A DNA stretch of 62,000 nucleotides from Hyalangium minutum (lineage in GTDB: Bacteria > Myxococcota > Myxococcia > Myxococcales > Myxococcaceae), in the NCBI RefSeq assembly GCF_000737315.1, contig NZ_JMCB01000013.1:82001-144000 (forward strand), given 5' to 3'. The notes beneath the pieces were generated by a model. The model was given only the letters and a program-made list of their open reading frames with translations, was not told the DNA's origin and made no database searches. Numbering within the stretch: the stretch's first letter is position 1; each line of letters starts with the position of its first letter. This document shows, piece by piece, positions 19,023 through 28,667 of the stretch. The translations under genes were made by a program, and so were the position numbers.

Positions 19023-19829
19023 ATGAACGAAACCCTGGTCTCGCTCGCCTGCCACGCGTACGGCTTTGCCGCGCTGGTGTACCTCACCTACCTGGCGCGC
19101 TCGTGGATGGCGCTGGCTGTCGTCGGGCGTGTGCTGGTGGGGGTGGGCCTCGTCCTCCATGGCGTGGCGCTGTTCTCGCTGCTGGGCGCACAAGGTGGGA
19201 TGCCCGTCGGCGCGGCGCAAGGATTCTCCACGCTGGCATTCCTGCTGCTGCTGTTCGGGCTGGTGTTGGACTTGCGCTACCGCAAGCCAGTCATTGGCGC
19301 CTTCATCACTCCGCTGGCGGTGACGGCGCTGGTGCCGGGGGTGCTGCTGCGGACGGGCCAGCCGCCGCTGACTCCCGCGCTGCGCCAGCCTTTGCTGCCG
19401 CTGCACATCACCCTTGCATTGGTGGGGATGGCGGCGTTCGCCGTGGCTGCAGGCGTGGGCGTCATGTACCTGCTCATGGAGCGAGAGGTGAGAGGCAAGC
19501 AGTTTGGCCTGTTGTTCTCCCGGCTGCCCTCGCTCGAGTTCCTGGACACGCTCAACAACCGGCTGGTGGTGGCGGGCTTCATCGCGCTGTCCATCACGCT
19601 GGCCACGGGGGCGTTCTTCGTCGCGGGCTCCAGCCAGGGGTTCACGTGGATGATGGATGCGAAGGTGCTGGCCACGCTGGTGGCGTGGGGGCTCTTCGCG
19701 GGGCTGGCGGGCGCGCGCGTGCTGGTGGGTTGGCGCGGGAGGCGCGTGGCGCTGCTGACGATGGCAGGCTTCGCGCTGGTGCTCGTGTCCTTCCTCTCCT
19801 CGTATGACTTCACCGGGGGGATGCGCTAG
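19023..19829 (+). CDS. ccsA: Cytochrome c assembly protein (CcsA family)
   Basis: Multi-TM, LHITLAL, LPSLEFLD, WMMDAKV. Confidence 0.85.
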   Translation: MNETLVSLACHAYGFAALVYLTYLARSWMALAVVGRVLVGVGLVLHGVALFSLLGAQGGMPVGAAQGFSTLAFLLLLFGLVLDLRYRKPVIGAFITPLAVTALVPGVLLRTGQPPLTPALRQPLLPLHITLALVGMAAFAVAAGVGVMYLLMEREVRGKQFGLLFSRLPSLEFLDTLNNRLVVAGFIALSITLATGAFFVAGSSQGFTWMMDAKVLATLVAWGLFAGLAGARVLVGWRGRRVALLTMAGFALVLVSFLSSYDFTGGMR

Positions 19830-19831
19830 CC

Positions 19832-21157
19832 ATGGAGCTCATCTGCATTGGGCTGTCGCACCAGACCGCTCCCCAGGATGTGCGCGGACGGCTCGCACTG
19901 GAGAAGCAGGGCCAGATGGAGCTGCTCCAGCGCCTGGCGCAGGCCCCCACCGAGGCCTTGCTCATCTCCACCTGCAACCGGGTGGAGCTCTATGTGATGT
20001 CTCCGGACACGGCCCAGTCGGCCCACCGCGCCCGGGAGGAGCTGAGCCGCGTGGGCGGGGCCGAGACGCTGTCCCACCTCTATGAGCACCATGGGGCCGG
20101 TGCGCTGGAGCACCTGTTCCGCGTGGCCTCCAGCCTGGAGTCCATGGTGCTGGGCGAGGCGCAGATCCTCGGTCAGGTGAAGGAGTCCTTCGAACTGGGG
20201 CAGAGCGTCGGCGCGGTGCGCGGCGGGCTCACGCGCGTGTGCGCGGCGGCGTTCACCTGCGCCAAGCGCGCGCGCAACGAGACGGCGATTGGCCGCGCGG
20301 CCACCTCCATGGCCTCGGCGGCGGTGGCGCTGGCCACCAAGGTGTTCGATCAGCTGTCGGACAAGACGGCGGTGGTGATCGGCGCGGGCGAGATGGGCGA
20401 GCTGGCGGCGAAGCACCTGAAGCAGGCGAAGATCGGTCGGCTCATCATCACCAACCGGACGCTGGCCCGCGCGCAGGCGCTGGCGGAGAAGCTGGAGGGT
20501 GCGACGGCCCGTCCCCTCGAGGACCTGAGCGCGCTTCTGAAAGAGGCGGATGTGGTGGTGTGCGTGACGGGCGCTCAGGAGCCGCTGCTGACGAAGGAGA
20601 ACGTGGGCGCGGTGGGCCGGGCGCGCCGGTTCCGGCCGCTGTTCCTGGTGGACCTGTCAGTGCCTCGGAACATCGCGCCCGAGGTCTCCGAGCTGGACTG
20701 GGTGACGTCCTTCAACGTGGATGACATCCAGAAGTTCGTCGAGAAGAACGCGGCCGCGCGAGCCGAGGGCGCGCAGCAGGCCGGCGTCATCGTCATCCAG
20801 GAGGTGTCGCGCTTCATCCAGGACCGGGCGGTGCGCGAGGGCGTGCCGGTGCTGGCGCGGCTGCGGCAGCGGGCCGAGCAGATCGCCAAGGCCGAGGTGG
20901 AGAAGACACTGGCGGCGATGGGCGATGGGCTCACCGAGAAGCAGCGCAAGAGCATCGAGGCCATGGGCCGCGCCATCGTCAACAAGCTGCTGCACGAGCC
21001 CACCGCGAAGCTGCGCGCCGTGGGGCCCGAGAAGGAAGACAGCCACCGGCTCGCGGGCGCCGCGGCCGAGCTGTTCGGGCTGATCGATGAGCCCGCTCCG
21101 AATCCCTCGGAGCCCGAGGGACCCACGGCCGCCGTGGCCCATGGAGGCAAGCGATGA
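19832..21157 (+). CDS. hemA: Glutamyl-tRNA reductase
   Basis: [36 protein letters not shown]. Confidence 0.97.
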   Translation: MELICIGLSHQTAPQDVRGRLALEKQGQMELLQRLAQAPTEALLISTCNRVELYVMSPDTAQSAHRAREELSRVGGAETLSHLYEHHGAGALEHLFRVASSLESMVLGEAQILGQVKESFELGQSVGAVRGGLTRVCAAAFTCAKRARNETAIGRAATSMASAAVALATKVFDQLSDKTAVVIGAGEMGELAAKHLKQAKIGRLIITNRTLARAQALAEKLEGATARPLEDLSALLKEADVVVCVTGAQEPLLTKENVGAVGRARRFRPLFLVDLSVPRNIAPEVSELDWVTSFNVDDIQKFVEKNAAARAEGAQQAGVIVIQEVSRFIQDRAVREGVPVLARLRQRAEQIAKAEVEKTLAAMGDGLTEKQRKSIEAMGRAIVNKLLHEPTAKLRAVGPEKEDSHRLAGAAAELFGLIDEPAPNPSEPEGPTAAVAHGGKR

Positions 21158-22098
21158 CCCGCGCGGTGCGGATTGCTACCCGTCAGAGCCCGCTCGCACT
21201 GTGGCAGGCCCGCCACGTGGCGGCGCTGCTCAGGTCCCACCACACAGGGCTCGAGGTGTCCCTGGTGGAGATGACTACAGAGGGCGACCGGTTCCTCTCG
21301 GCGCCGCTGTCCGCCGTGGGCGGCAAGGGCCTGTTCGTGAAGGAGATCGAGCAGTGCTTGATCGATGGGCGCGCGGACATCGCCGTGCACAGCCTCAAGG
21401 ACATGACGTCCGTGCTGCCCGAGGGCCTGATGCTCGCGGCGGTGCCGGTGCGCGAGGACCCGCGCGACGCGTTCTGCAGCCCCACGGGGCTCACGCTGGA
21501 CACGCTGCCCCAGGGCGCGAAGGTGGGGACCTCCTCGCTGCGCCGCAGTTGCATCCTGCGCTCGCGGCGGCCGGATCTGGAGATCGTCAGCCTGCGCGGC
21601 AACGTGCAGACGCGGCTGCAGAAGACGAGAGAGATGGGGCTGGCGGGCGCGATGCTGGCCAGCGCGGGGCTCCGCCGTCTGGGCCTGGAGAAGGAGATCA
21701 CCGAGGTGGTGCCGACCGAGGTGAGTCTGCCGGCGGTGGGGCAGGGCGTGCTGGCGATCCAGTGCCGCACGAACGATGCAGAGGTCCGGGCGCTGCTCGC
21801 GCCGCTGGAGGATGCGGTGACGCGCATCGCCGTGACAGCCGAGCGGGCGCTCCTGGCGAAGCTGGAGGGTGGCTGCACGGTGCCGATGGCGGGCCACGCC
21901 ACGGTGAAGGCCGGCGAGGTGCACCTGCGCGGCTTCGTGGGGCGTCCGGACGGCTCGAGGGTGGTGGCCGGCGAGGTCCGCGGCCCGGTGAGCAACGCCC
22001 ACGCGCTGGGGGATGCGCTCGCGGATGAACTGCTCTCGCGCGGCGCCCAGGAGATCCTCCGCGACTTTGGGCGTACCGGGTTTGTTCCGAACTCCTGA
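21154..22098 (+). CDS. hemC: Hydroxymethylbilane synthase
   Basis: [37 protein letters not shown]. Confidence 0.97.
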   Translation: MTRAVRIATRQSPLALWQARHVAALLRSHHTGLEVSLVEMTTEGDRFLSAPLSAVGGKGLFVKEIEQCLIDGRADIAVHSLKDMTSVLPEGLMLAAVPVREDPRDAFCSPTGLTLDTLPQGAKVGTSSLRRSCILRSRRPDLEIVSLRGNVQTRLQKTREMGLAGAMLASAGLRRLGLEKEITEVVPTEVSLPAVGQGVLAIQCRTNDAEVRALLAPLEDAVTRIAVTAERALLAKLEGGCTVPMAGHATVKAGEVHLRGFVGRPDGSRVVAGEVRGPVSNAHALGDALADELLSRGAQEILRDFGRTGFVPNS

Positions 22099-22212
22099 GG
22101 AGGCAGAGCCTCAGAACCAGAGAGCGGCTGCCTCCACTTGAGTGGAACCGGTGAGCGGCTACTTGGGGCGCGGCTATCATGCCCGGCAGGATGGCGCCTG
22201 TGGGAGGGCCTC

Positions 22213-22454
22213 ATGAGATGGAAGCCGGTGGTCTGCGCGGTGTGGCTGGTGGGGTAACAGGGTGCCCTCATTCCTTCGGGCGTGGGGGAACCATTGAGCG
22301 CGCCGCAGCCAAAGACACCCGGGAAACCTACGGCCCGCAGTTCCCCCCGTGTACGGAGGAAGTGCGAAAACAACTCTGCCCTATGGGCCAAGACCCCAGC
22401 GCCAAATGCCTGCAGGTGTGTGGCGAAGAACTGGATGAGGGAGAGGACTGGTGA
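22213..22454 (+). pseudogene. Small lipoprotein (~80 aa) broken by a 1-bp loss in a G tract
   Basis: GGAGG, then ATG 22213 gives MRWKPVVCAVWLVG* (TAA 22255). One extra G in G4 (22251-22254) gives ...WLVGVTGC-PHSFGRGGTIERAAAKD...EDW, whose TGA overlaps the next GTG. Confidence 0.75.
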
Positions 22455-23350
22455 AGTGGCGTGGCGTGCTTGTAGCCGGGCTGGGAGGAGCCTTGGTGCT
22501 CCCCCTCGCTTGGCTCGTGTGGGTCGCGCTGTATGCGGCGCCCCAACTTCCAGGCCCTGCCATGGTGAAGCTCGGCCCGGTGCTCACCCACGAGCAGCGC
22601 AGGAGCTTGCGCACATACCACCGTGGCTGCCGCACCACGGCAGACTGCGATCCGCCGCTGGGGTGTCTCGACGACTTACGCTACTTGCGGCGCTTCTGCA
22701 CCGACAGCGAGTGCATGACGGATGGGCAGTGCCCTGAAGGTCATGTCTGCCGTGTCGTGCAGACAGCGAAGGGGCCCTGGCTCAAGCAATGTGTCTTGCT
22801 GGGCGTCCGAGGGGAAGGGGAGCGGTGCTACCAAACACCCCCGCGGACTGTGCAGGCGTGCCGTGACGGGTTGCTGTGCGCGGGAGATGGATGGTGCGGG
22901 CGGCCGTGCCGCCCAGAGCAGGCCGCCAGTTGCCCCGAGGGCTTCTTTTGCGCAGACATAGAGCCGGAGCCCGCATGCTTGCCCACATGCGAGGAGCGGG
23001 GATGTCCGGAGGGGCAGGAGTGCATGCGCGGCAGCCAGGAAGACATTGCCTCCACCTGCGCGGTGGTGCATGGCCACAACTGCCAGAAGAGTTCGTGTCC
23101 TGAGGGCTTCTGGTGCGAGGACTTCCTCATCCCTGCGCGTCCCGGAGAGGCTTGGGTGCGCTGTGCCCAGAGCTGCTTGGAGCCGGATTCGCCTCCGTGC
23201 CCGTCTGGCGAGGTGTGTTCCCTCATCTCCTGTGAGCGTCTTTGCTCCCCGGAGCAGACCGGCGCATGCGGCGAGGGCTTCCACTGCATCCAGGTGCAGG
23301 AGGACGGGCCCTGGCTCTGCAAGCCGGAGTGGTACCGCCCACGCGAGTAG
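22451..23350 (+). CDS. Cys-rich membrane-anchored protein
   Basis: N-terminal hydrophobic anchor, then repeated C-x2-3-C-P-E-G-x2-C modules. Confidence 0.8.
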   Translation: MKWRGVLVAGLGGALVLPLAWLVWVALYAAPQLPGPAMVKLGPVLTHEQRRSLRTYHRGCRTTADCDPPLGCLDDLRYLRRFCTDSECMTDGQCPEGHVCRVVQTAKGPWLKQCVLLGVRGEGERCYQTPPRTVQACRDGLLCAGDGWCGRPCRPEQAASCPEGFFCADIEPEPACLPTCEERGCPEGQECMRGSQEDIASTCAVVHGHNCQKSSCPEGFWCEDFLIPARPGEAWVRCAQSCLEPDSPPCPSGEVCSLISCERLCSPEQTGACGEGFHCIQVQEDGPWLCKPEWYRPRE

Positions 23351-23460
23351 TTTCAGGTGAGCGGTGGAACAACCTAGGGGGTGAGGGGATGCACACCCGC
23401 CTCAGGAGGGAGGCGGACGTCTGACGTTCCGTGTAGAGTGAGAGACTCGGGAGGTTGTCC

Positions 23461-24435
23461 GTGTCTCTGTGGCCCGTCCGCGCCGTGCTGGTGCTCGTCC
23501 TGCTGTGGGGGTGGCCTTCACAGGCGCAACCCCGCTCCGAAGAACCTCCGCAGTCCCCGCGGCAGCTGGAGCTTCCGCCGCTTCGGGGCGTTGCCGCTGT
23601 GAATGTGGCACCGGGCATGCCCACGACGCTCCTGTTCAACGCGCCGCTGGACCGGAGCGCGGTGGAGCGCGCGGCCCATGAGCTGGGCCTGGCCCGGGTG
23701 GCCGTGGCGGAGGACACGCTGACGGTGGTGCCCGCTATGGGGGCGCAGGCAGGCACACGGCTGCGGCTGCCGGTGCGGTTCGCGGAAGGCTCCACGCAGG
23801 AGGGCGAGGTCGTGGTGTTCGTCGTGGATCCGCTGAACGCGGAGGCGCACGTGGAGGTGACGCGTCGCATGCGCACCGTCCCCGCCCTGGAAGAGGCGCT
23901 GGCCGCCGAGCGTGCGCGGTCCGCCTCGCAGGCGGCGGAGCTGGCCGCCAGGGACGTGCAGGTGGCGGAGTTGCACGCCGCCCAGGGAGATCTGGCGGGG
24001 CTGATCGAGGCTGGCACTCTGGGGCCGGAAGGCATCTCCGTCCAGCAAGTGCAGACTGACGGTTGGTACCTCGCTCCTGGCTTCCGTGCAGGGACCGCTC
24101 AGCTCTATGTGACCGCCGGGCGCAGGGCCCTGGTCGCGGAGCTCCACCTCCTTGCGGGTGAACGCCCGTGGGCGCCCGCAGGGGCCACGCTGCAACCTGT
24201 GTCGGCTGGAACGCTGGAACGCTGGAACGCACGAGTGGTGCGGCTATTGGGAACAGACGTGATCACGCCCGGTGGCCGAGCCCTCCTCGTGGTGGAGTTT
24301 GAGGTGCCCGTGGGTGGCTTGGCGCAGGAGTACCGGATGACGGTGCGGGAACAAGAGGGGCTGCGGGCGTTCGTGCTTCGGGTTCGCGAGAGCCCGCCTG
24401 GGCGCAGGGGGGAAGCCAGAGGAGGCAGGCCATGA
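23461..24435 (+). CDS. DUF2381 family protein (myxobacterial paralogous family)
   Basis: GGAGG then GTG 23461; signal peptide; VAPGMPTTLLFNAPL; central coiled coil; PWAPAGATL...ITPGGRALLVVE. Confidence 0.85.
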   Translation: MSLWPVRAVLVLVLLWGWPSQAQPRSEEPPQSPRQLELPPLRGVAAVNVAPGMPTTLLFNAPLDRSAVERAAHELGLARVAVAEDTLTVVPAMGAQAGTRLRLPVRFAEGSTQEGEVVVFVVDPLNAEAHVEVTRRMRTVPALEEALAAERARSASQAAELAARDVQVAELHAAQGDLAGLIEAGTLGPEGISVQQVQTDGWYLAPGFRAGTAQLYVTAGRRALVAELHLLAGERPWAPAGATLQPVSAGTLERWNARVVRLLGTDVITPGGRALLVVEFEVPVGGLAQEYRMTVREQEGLRAFVLRVRESPPGRRGEARGGRP

Positions 24436-26405
24436 GTCAACACAGGCGGCTCCCTTCGGCGGACGCCGAAGAGGTCCCGGTCCCAGCCGAGCTGCTGCAG
24501 GGAACAGAGGTGAACGGCTTCCGGCTCGTGCGGTATCTGGACCAAGGGGGCTATGGGTGTGTGTGGGTGGCGGAAAACATTCACTGTCCTGGCCAGTACT
24601 GCGCGCTGAAGTTCTGCCTGCACTCACCCGAGGAGGACCCGACGGCGGACGCCCGGGCGCTGCGCGAGGTCCAGTTGCTGCTCCAGGCAGCGCACCCCAA
24701 CGTGCGCGGAGTTCTGGGCCATGGGCGGTGGCCCAACGCGAAGACGGGCATCGTCTACATCATCCTGGAGTGGGTGGAGGGGGCCACGTTGCTGGAGTGG
24801 GCACGCCAGGCCAATCCCTCCTTCCGTCAGGTGGTGCACCTGGCTCAGAAACTCGCGCGGGCGCTCCAAGAGGCCCATGAGCGGCAGGTCATGCACCGCG
24901 ACGTGAAGCCGGACAACGTGCTGGTGCGAGCGGTGGACGGGGAGCCCTTCCTGTCGGACTTCGGGATGGGGCAGACTGAGCGCAGCACCCCGCTCACCTG
25001 GGGCGGAGCCCCCCCTGGCACCCGGAGTTACCTCAGCCCCGAGGCGCTGGCGTTCTCGCCGCGTTGGGGGAAGCGCACCTACCGCTTCCGGCCCGCGGAT
25101 GACTGGTACGCGCTGGGGGTGACGCTCTATCAACTGCTCACGGAGGTGCTTCCGTTTCCGGACGAGGGCATGGGCAGGGAGTCGGTGCGGGGGATGGCGC
25201 TGCGGCAACCCGTTCCTCCGCACCTGCTCAATCCCCGGGTGCCCCTGCCGCTGAGCCGGGTGGTGATGCGGATGCTGAGCAGCCGCCTCCAAGGGCGCTA
25301 CCGCGATGGGAGGGCACTGTGTGAGGCCCTGGAGAGGGGACTTTCAGGGGCGGGTGTCTGGGATACGCCTGTGTATGAGCCCCACCCGCCCCAGCAACAG
25401 GGACAGACACCGACGCAGGAACCCACCCCAGGGGATGGCCCCCCTGCACAAGATGAAGAGGTGGCCTGGAATCACGCCGTCAAGCCGCAGCACGCACTGG
25501 AGGAGCAGCGGCGGGCCGTTGTGCTCAGCCGGCGCGACGCACTGCTGCCACGCCAGGCCAGAGCCTGGGGCCGGGTGGCACGATGGAGCCGGAGGACCCT
25601 GGCGCTGGTGGCGGTGGCCATGATGGCCTGGGTTGCATGGCGCTCGGCAGGGGCTCTGTTCCCTGGCGCCGGGAGCACCCCCGAGCAGGCCCCCCGCTCA
25701 GCTTTGGCTGCCCGGGAAGCGCCTTTTCTTTCACCTGCGGACGAACCGGCCCCAGAGTTTGTTGCGGTATTTCCCTCTCAACCCAGCCTGACGCCTGTCA
25801 CCGCCCGTGCTGAGAAAACTTTGAAGGACGACAGCCCCATGGAGACACCCAAGAGTTCATTGCCGAGCCCGCCTGCTGCCACTTCCCCACGTCCGCGCGG
25901 CGCTGGGGGCGCCCGGAAGGCGGCCTTGTGCGCTGCGGGTGTGATCGCCACGGGCTGCTCAGGCATCCCGTTGCGGCCGTCGGCTCAGGAGTGTCCGCCC
26001 GCAGCCATTCAGAACATGCGGGCGCGGCGCATCGGGGTGAAGCGAGGCATGCAGATCAAACTGGATGTGACCGGTCCTGAGGGAGAAGTCCAACTCAAGG
26101 CGGGACAGAAGGTGGTGAGCGAATCGCGAGACAACACAGGTTTCATAGGTCCCGGTGGGGTTCCCGAGGACGGCACCCTCCTGTACGGCAAGGTGGTCGC
26201 AGGGGGAGAGGGGCTTTTCTTCGTCCGCTATGAGGAGGCGCTCTTTCCGGGCGAATCAGAGAAGGTCCCTATCTGCGCTCACGCCGCTGATGCAGGCACT
26301 AACTGGTATGCGCTCACAGCGGAGCCCGGCTCGACGAACGAGATCTTCACCACCTTGAATAACAGCACCGCCATCTTCTTGCTCCAGTTTCCCGGCGAGC
26401 CGTGA
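24432..26405 (+). CDS. Ser/Thr protein kinase with TM and C-terminal lipoprotein-like domain
   Basis: LDQGGYG, ALK, HRDVKPDN, DFG, YLSPE all intact; TM TLALVAVAMMAWVAW; internal VIATGC; ATGA overlap with DUF2381. Confidence 0.92.
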   Translation: MSQHRRLPSADAEEVPVPAELLQGTEVNGFRLVRYLDQGGYGCVWVAENIHCPGQYCALKFCLHSPEEDPTADARALREVQLLLQAAHPNVRGVLGHGRWPNAKTGIVYIILEWVEGATLLEWARQANPSFRQVVHLAQKLARALQEAHERQVMHRDVKPDNVLVRAVDGEPFLSDFGMGQTERSTPLTWGGAPPGTRSYLSPEALAFSPRWGKRTYRFRPADDWYALGVTLYQLLTEVLPFPDEGMGRESVRGMALRQPVPPHLLNPRVPLPLSRVVMRMLSSRLQGRYRDGRALCEALERGLSGAGVWDTPVYEPHPPQQQGQTPTQEPTPGDGPPAQDEEVAWNHAVKPQHALEEQRRAVVLSRRDALLPRQARAWGRVARWSRRTLALVAVAMMAWVAWRSAGALFPGAGSTPEQAPRSALAAREAPFLSPADEPAPEFVAVFPSQPSLTPVTARAEKTLKDDSPMETPKSSLPSPPAATSPRPRGAGGARKAALCAAGVIATGCSGIPLRPSAQECPPAAIQNMRARRIGVKRGMQIKLDVTGPEGEVQLKAGQKVVSESRDNTGFIGPGGVPEDGTLLYGKVVAGGEGLFFVRYEEALFPGESEKVPICAHAADAGTNWYALTAEPGSTNEIFTTLNNSTAIFLLQFPGEP

Positions 26406-26576
26406 AGCCCCCGCGCGTCGCCTGCAGCCCAATCTCCCCACTCACAGGGTATGGCGGCTGGCGGCTTTTTCATGTTACTCTCTGGGTATGAAGACGCGGC
26501 AGAACCCCTGAAGTCGTCTTCATGTTGGCCCTCACCCCATGGCCCAGCCGCCGTGGACCTTCCCAGGAGTGCATGC

Positions 26577-27704
26577 ATGCCCACTCGAGCTGCCACCTAT
26601 TCCCTGTCTCCGGAAGCCCCTCGCTTCACCGTGGGCTCGCGTACCTACGCCGCCGTTCGCAGCCTGGGGCCGTACGGCGTGGGGGAGCGCTTCCTCGCGC
26701 GCCCCGTGGACGCTGGGGAGCCGGGAGCGCTGGTGCTGATCCAACGGCTGCATGCCACACCCAGCGAGGGAGATCGCCGGCGGCTGCTGGAGGAAGCGCG
26801 GCTGCTGCGTCTGTTGAATCACCCCAGCATTCCGCGCGTGCTCGCGGTGGCGCCGGGCGCGCAGCGTCCGTGGGTGGCGCTGGAGTATGTGGAGGGCATG
26901 TCCCTGGAGCGGGTATTGAACCGGGCCGTCGTGAGGCGCCAGCCGATGTCGGCGCCGTTCGCGGCCTCTGTCGTCGCCCAGGTGGCGGATGCGCTCCACG
27001 CCGCGCATGGGCTGGAGGATGAGCGCGGGCAGTTGCTCCACCTCGTTCACCGGGACGTCTGTCCGCGCCATATCTTTCTGACCCGCGATGGAGAGGTTCA
27101 GCTCACCGCCTTTGGCGCGGCGTTCACCACGCGTCCAGGGCGTCCTGCCACGCCGGGCCTGCTCGTGAAGGGGACCGGGGAGTACTCGGCGCCCGAGGTC
27201 CTGGTGCACCGGGTGCCGGACGCCCGCGCGGACATCTTCTCCCTGGGGCTCATCTTGCTGGAGCTGCTCAGCAACCGCTATCTGCTGGATCCTTCGGATG
27301 AGGGCGTGCCGCGCGCCCTGCCCGGTCACCTGGCGAAGCTGGAGAACAGACTCCGGGCCGAGGATCCGGGCTGGGCGCCGCCCGCGCACCTGGCGGCCCG
27401 TGCCGAGCACTTGCGGCCAGAGGACGTGGAGCGTGTGACTGCCGGGGCGCCTGCCGCACTGCGCGCCGTGGTGCTCCGGGCCCTGCGGCTCCAGCCGGAG
27501 GAGCGGTACGCTTCCGCCTTGACCCTGCGGGATGAGCTGCACGGCTTCCTCGCGCAGCAGGCCCAGCCCTACGGCAAAGAGGAGCGGCTGGCGGAACTGC
27601 AGAGGCGGATCTCCACACGGGGGTATCGCCGGGAAGGCGTGGAGACGAGCCAGGAGCCGGTGCCTGCAGAGTTCCGGCGCCCCCGCGCTGGAATGGAGGG
27701 CTGA
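26577..27704 (+). CDS. Ser/Thr kinase-fold protein, predicted pseudokinase
   Basis: AGGAG then ATG 26577; VLIQRL instead of VAIK, HRDVCPRH, AFG instead of DFG, YSAPE. Confidence 0.82.
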   Translation: MPTRAATYSLSPEAPRFTVGSRTYAAVRSLGPYGVGERFLARPVDAGEPGALVLIQRLHATPSEGDRRRLLEEARLLRLLNHPSIPRVLAVAPGAQRPWVALEYVEGMSLERVLNRAVVRRQPMSAPFAASVVAQVADALHAAHGLEDERGQLLHLVHRDVCPRHIFLTRDGEVQLTAFGAAFTTRPGRPATPGLLVKGTGEYSAPEVLVHRVPDARADIFSLGLILLELLSNRYLLDPSDEGVPRALPGHLAKLENRLRAEDPGWAPPAHLAARAEHLRPEDVERVTAGAPAALRAVVLRALRLQPEERYASALTLRDELHGFLAQQAQPYGKEERLAELQRRISTRGYRREGVETSQEPVPAEFRRPRAGMEG

Positions 27705-27720
27705 CAGCCCCCATCGCTTG

Positions 27721-27742
27721 TGGGTGGGCAACTCCCCACCCA
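27721..27742. terminator. Hairpin between the convergent pseudokinase and DUF4261 genes
   Basis: TGGGTGGG-caactc-CCCACCCA. Confidence 0.5.
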
Positions 27743-27788
27743 TGTCGATGCGCCGTTTGGCAGCGACACCTGCGGCGCGGCTGGGCGC

Positions 27789-28667
27789 TCAGTGCATCGG
27801 TCCGGTGGGAGGCATGGGTTCGAAGACGATCAGCTGCGGGCTGTAGAGGAACCCTTCATCCGCGCGTGGCTGACGGAACTTCCACTGCAACTCTTCGTCC
27901 ACCAGCATGTCCCCCGCTTTGAATCGCACCCCCGTGGAGTGCATCGTGTCGAAGGTGCTCCTGAAGAGCCGATAGATGTTCCGGACATCCTGGTCTCTGT
28001 CGATGTGCAGGGCCAGGTCTGGCATGTTGAGCCGTGGGGCGCCGCAGGTGCGAACCCAGAGCCCTTCGTGGCCCTCCACCTGCAGTGTCACGAAGCCAAT
28101 AAACAAGGTCATCCACGGCAAGGTGCTCAGCACCTGCTCCAGCTCTTCTCCAGGCTGGGGAGCGAGCCGCACCACCGGACAGGAGGTGCACGCGTTCGGG
28201 TTCAGCACGACGGAGGCCCCCAAGGGCAGCAGCCCCACCGCGATCTTCGCCAGGGCTCGGTATTGCTCCAAGGGCGACCGCTCCTGGCCCTTGTAGATGA
28301 GGATGGCATGCGCGGTGTGCGCATGGGCCTGCTCCTTCCACGCATCTTCGTAGAGCAGCGCGGTGTTGACCGTCTGCTCCAGCAGGTCCGCGGGCGCGGG
28401 CACGCTCAGGAACCCCACATACACGGTGTGCTGTGCCCACTGCACCAGGGCCAGTTGCTCCATCAATCCCACGCTGGGGCCTTCGATGGGGATCCTCATC
28501 TCCACGCGGACGTGCGCCAGAGACGGGTGCACCTTCTGGAGCATGCGCGTGAAGGTGTCCGCGAAGGGCCAGACGGCGCGCGGGAACAAGACTTGAAGGT
28601 TCAAAGGCGGCTCTTGCTGGGAGGCAAGCGCCCTGTTCCTGGCTCGGAGTAACTTTCGAAGTCCCAC
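27789..28667 (-). CDS. DUF4261 domain protein
   Basis: HTAHAILIYKG...EQYRALAKIA...GFVTLQVEGHEGLWVRTCGAPRLNMPDLA pattern. Confidence 0.7.
   Translation of the reverse strand: MGLRKLLRARNRALASQQEPPLNLQVLFPRAVWPFADTFTRMLQKVHPSLAHVRVEMRIPIEGPSVGLMEQLALVQWAQHTVYVGFLSVPAPADLLEQTVNTALLYEDAWKEQAHAHTAHAILIYKGQERSPLEQYRALAKIAVGLLPLGASVVLNPNACTSCPVVRLAPQPGEELEQVLSTLPWMTLFIGFVTLQVEGHEGLWVRTCGAPRLNMPDLALHIDRDQDVRNIYRLFRSTFDTMHSTGVRFKAGDMLVDEELQWKFRQPRADEGFLYSPQLIVFEPMPPTGPMH

Noticed and set aside
22179-22454. 91-aa ORF as called by the track
   Set aside because: Its N-terminus is spurious; the region is better explained as the frameshifted lipoprotein starting at 22213.
22142-23370. GGTGAGCGG and GTGGAAC shared by spacers at ~22150 and ~23360
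   Set aside because: Short, in swapped order and plausible by chance in GC-rich DNA; not enough to call attachment sites.
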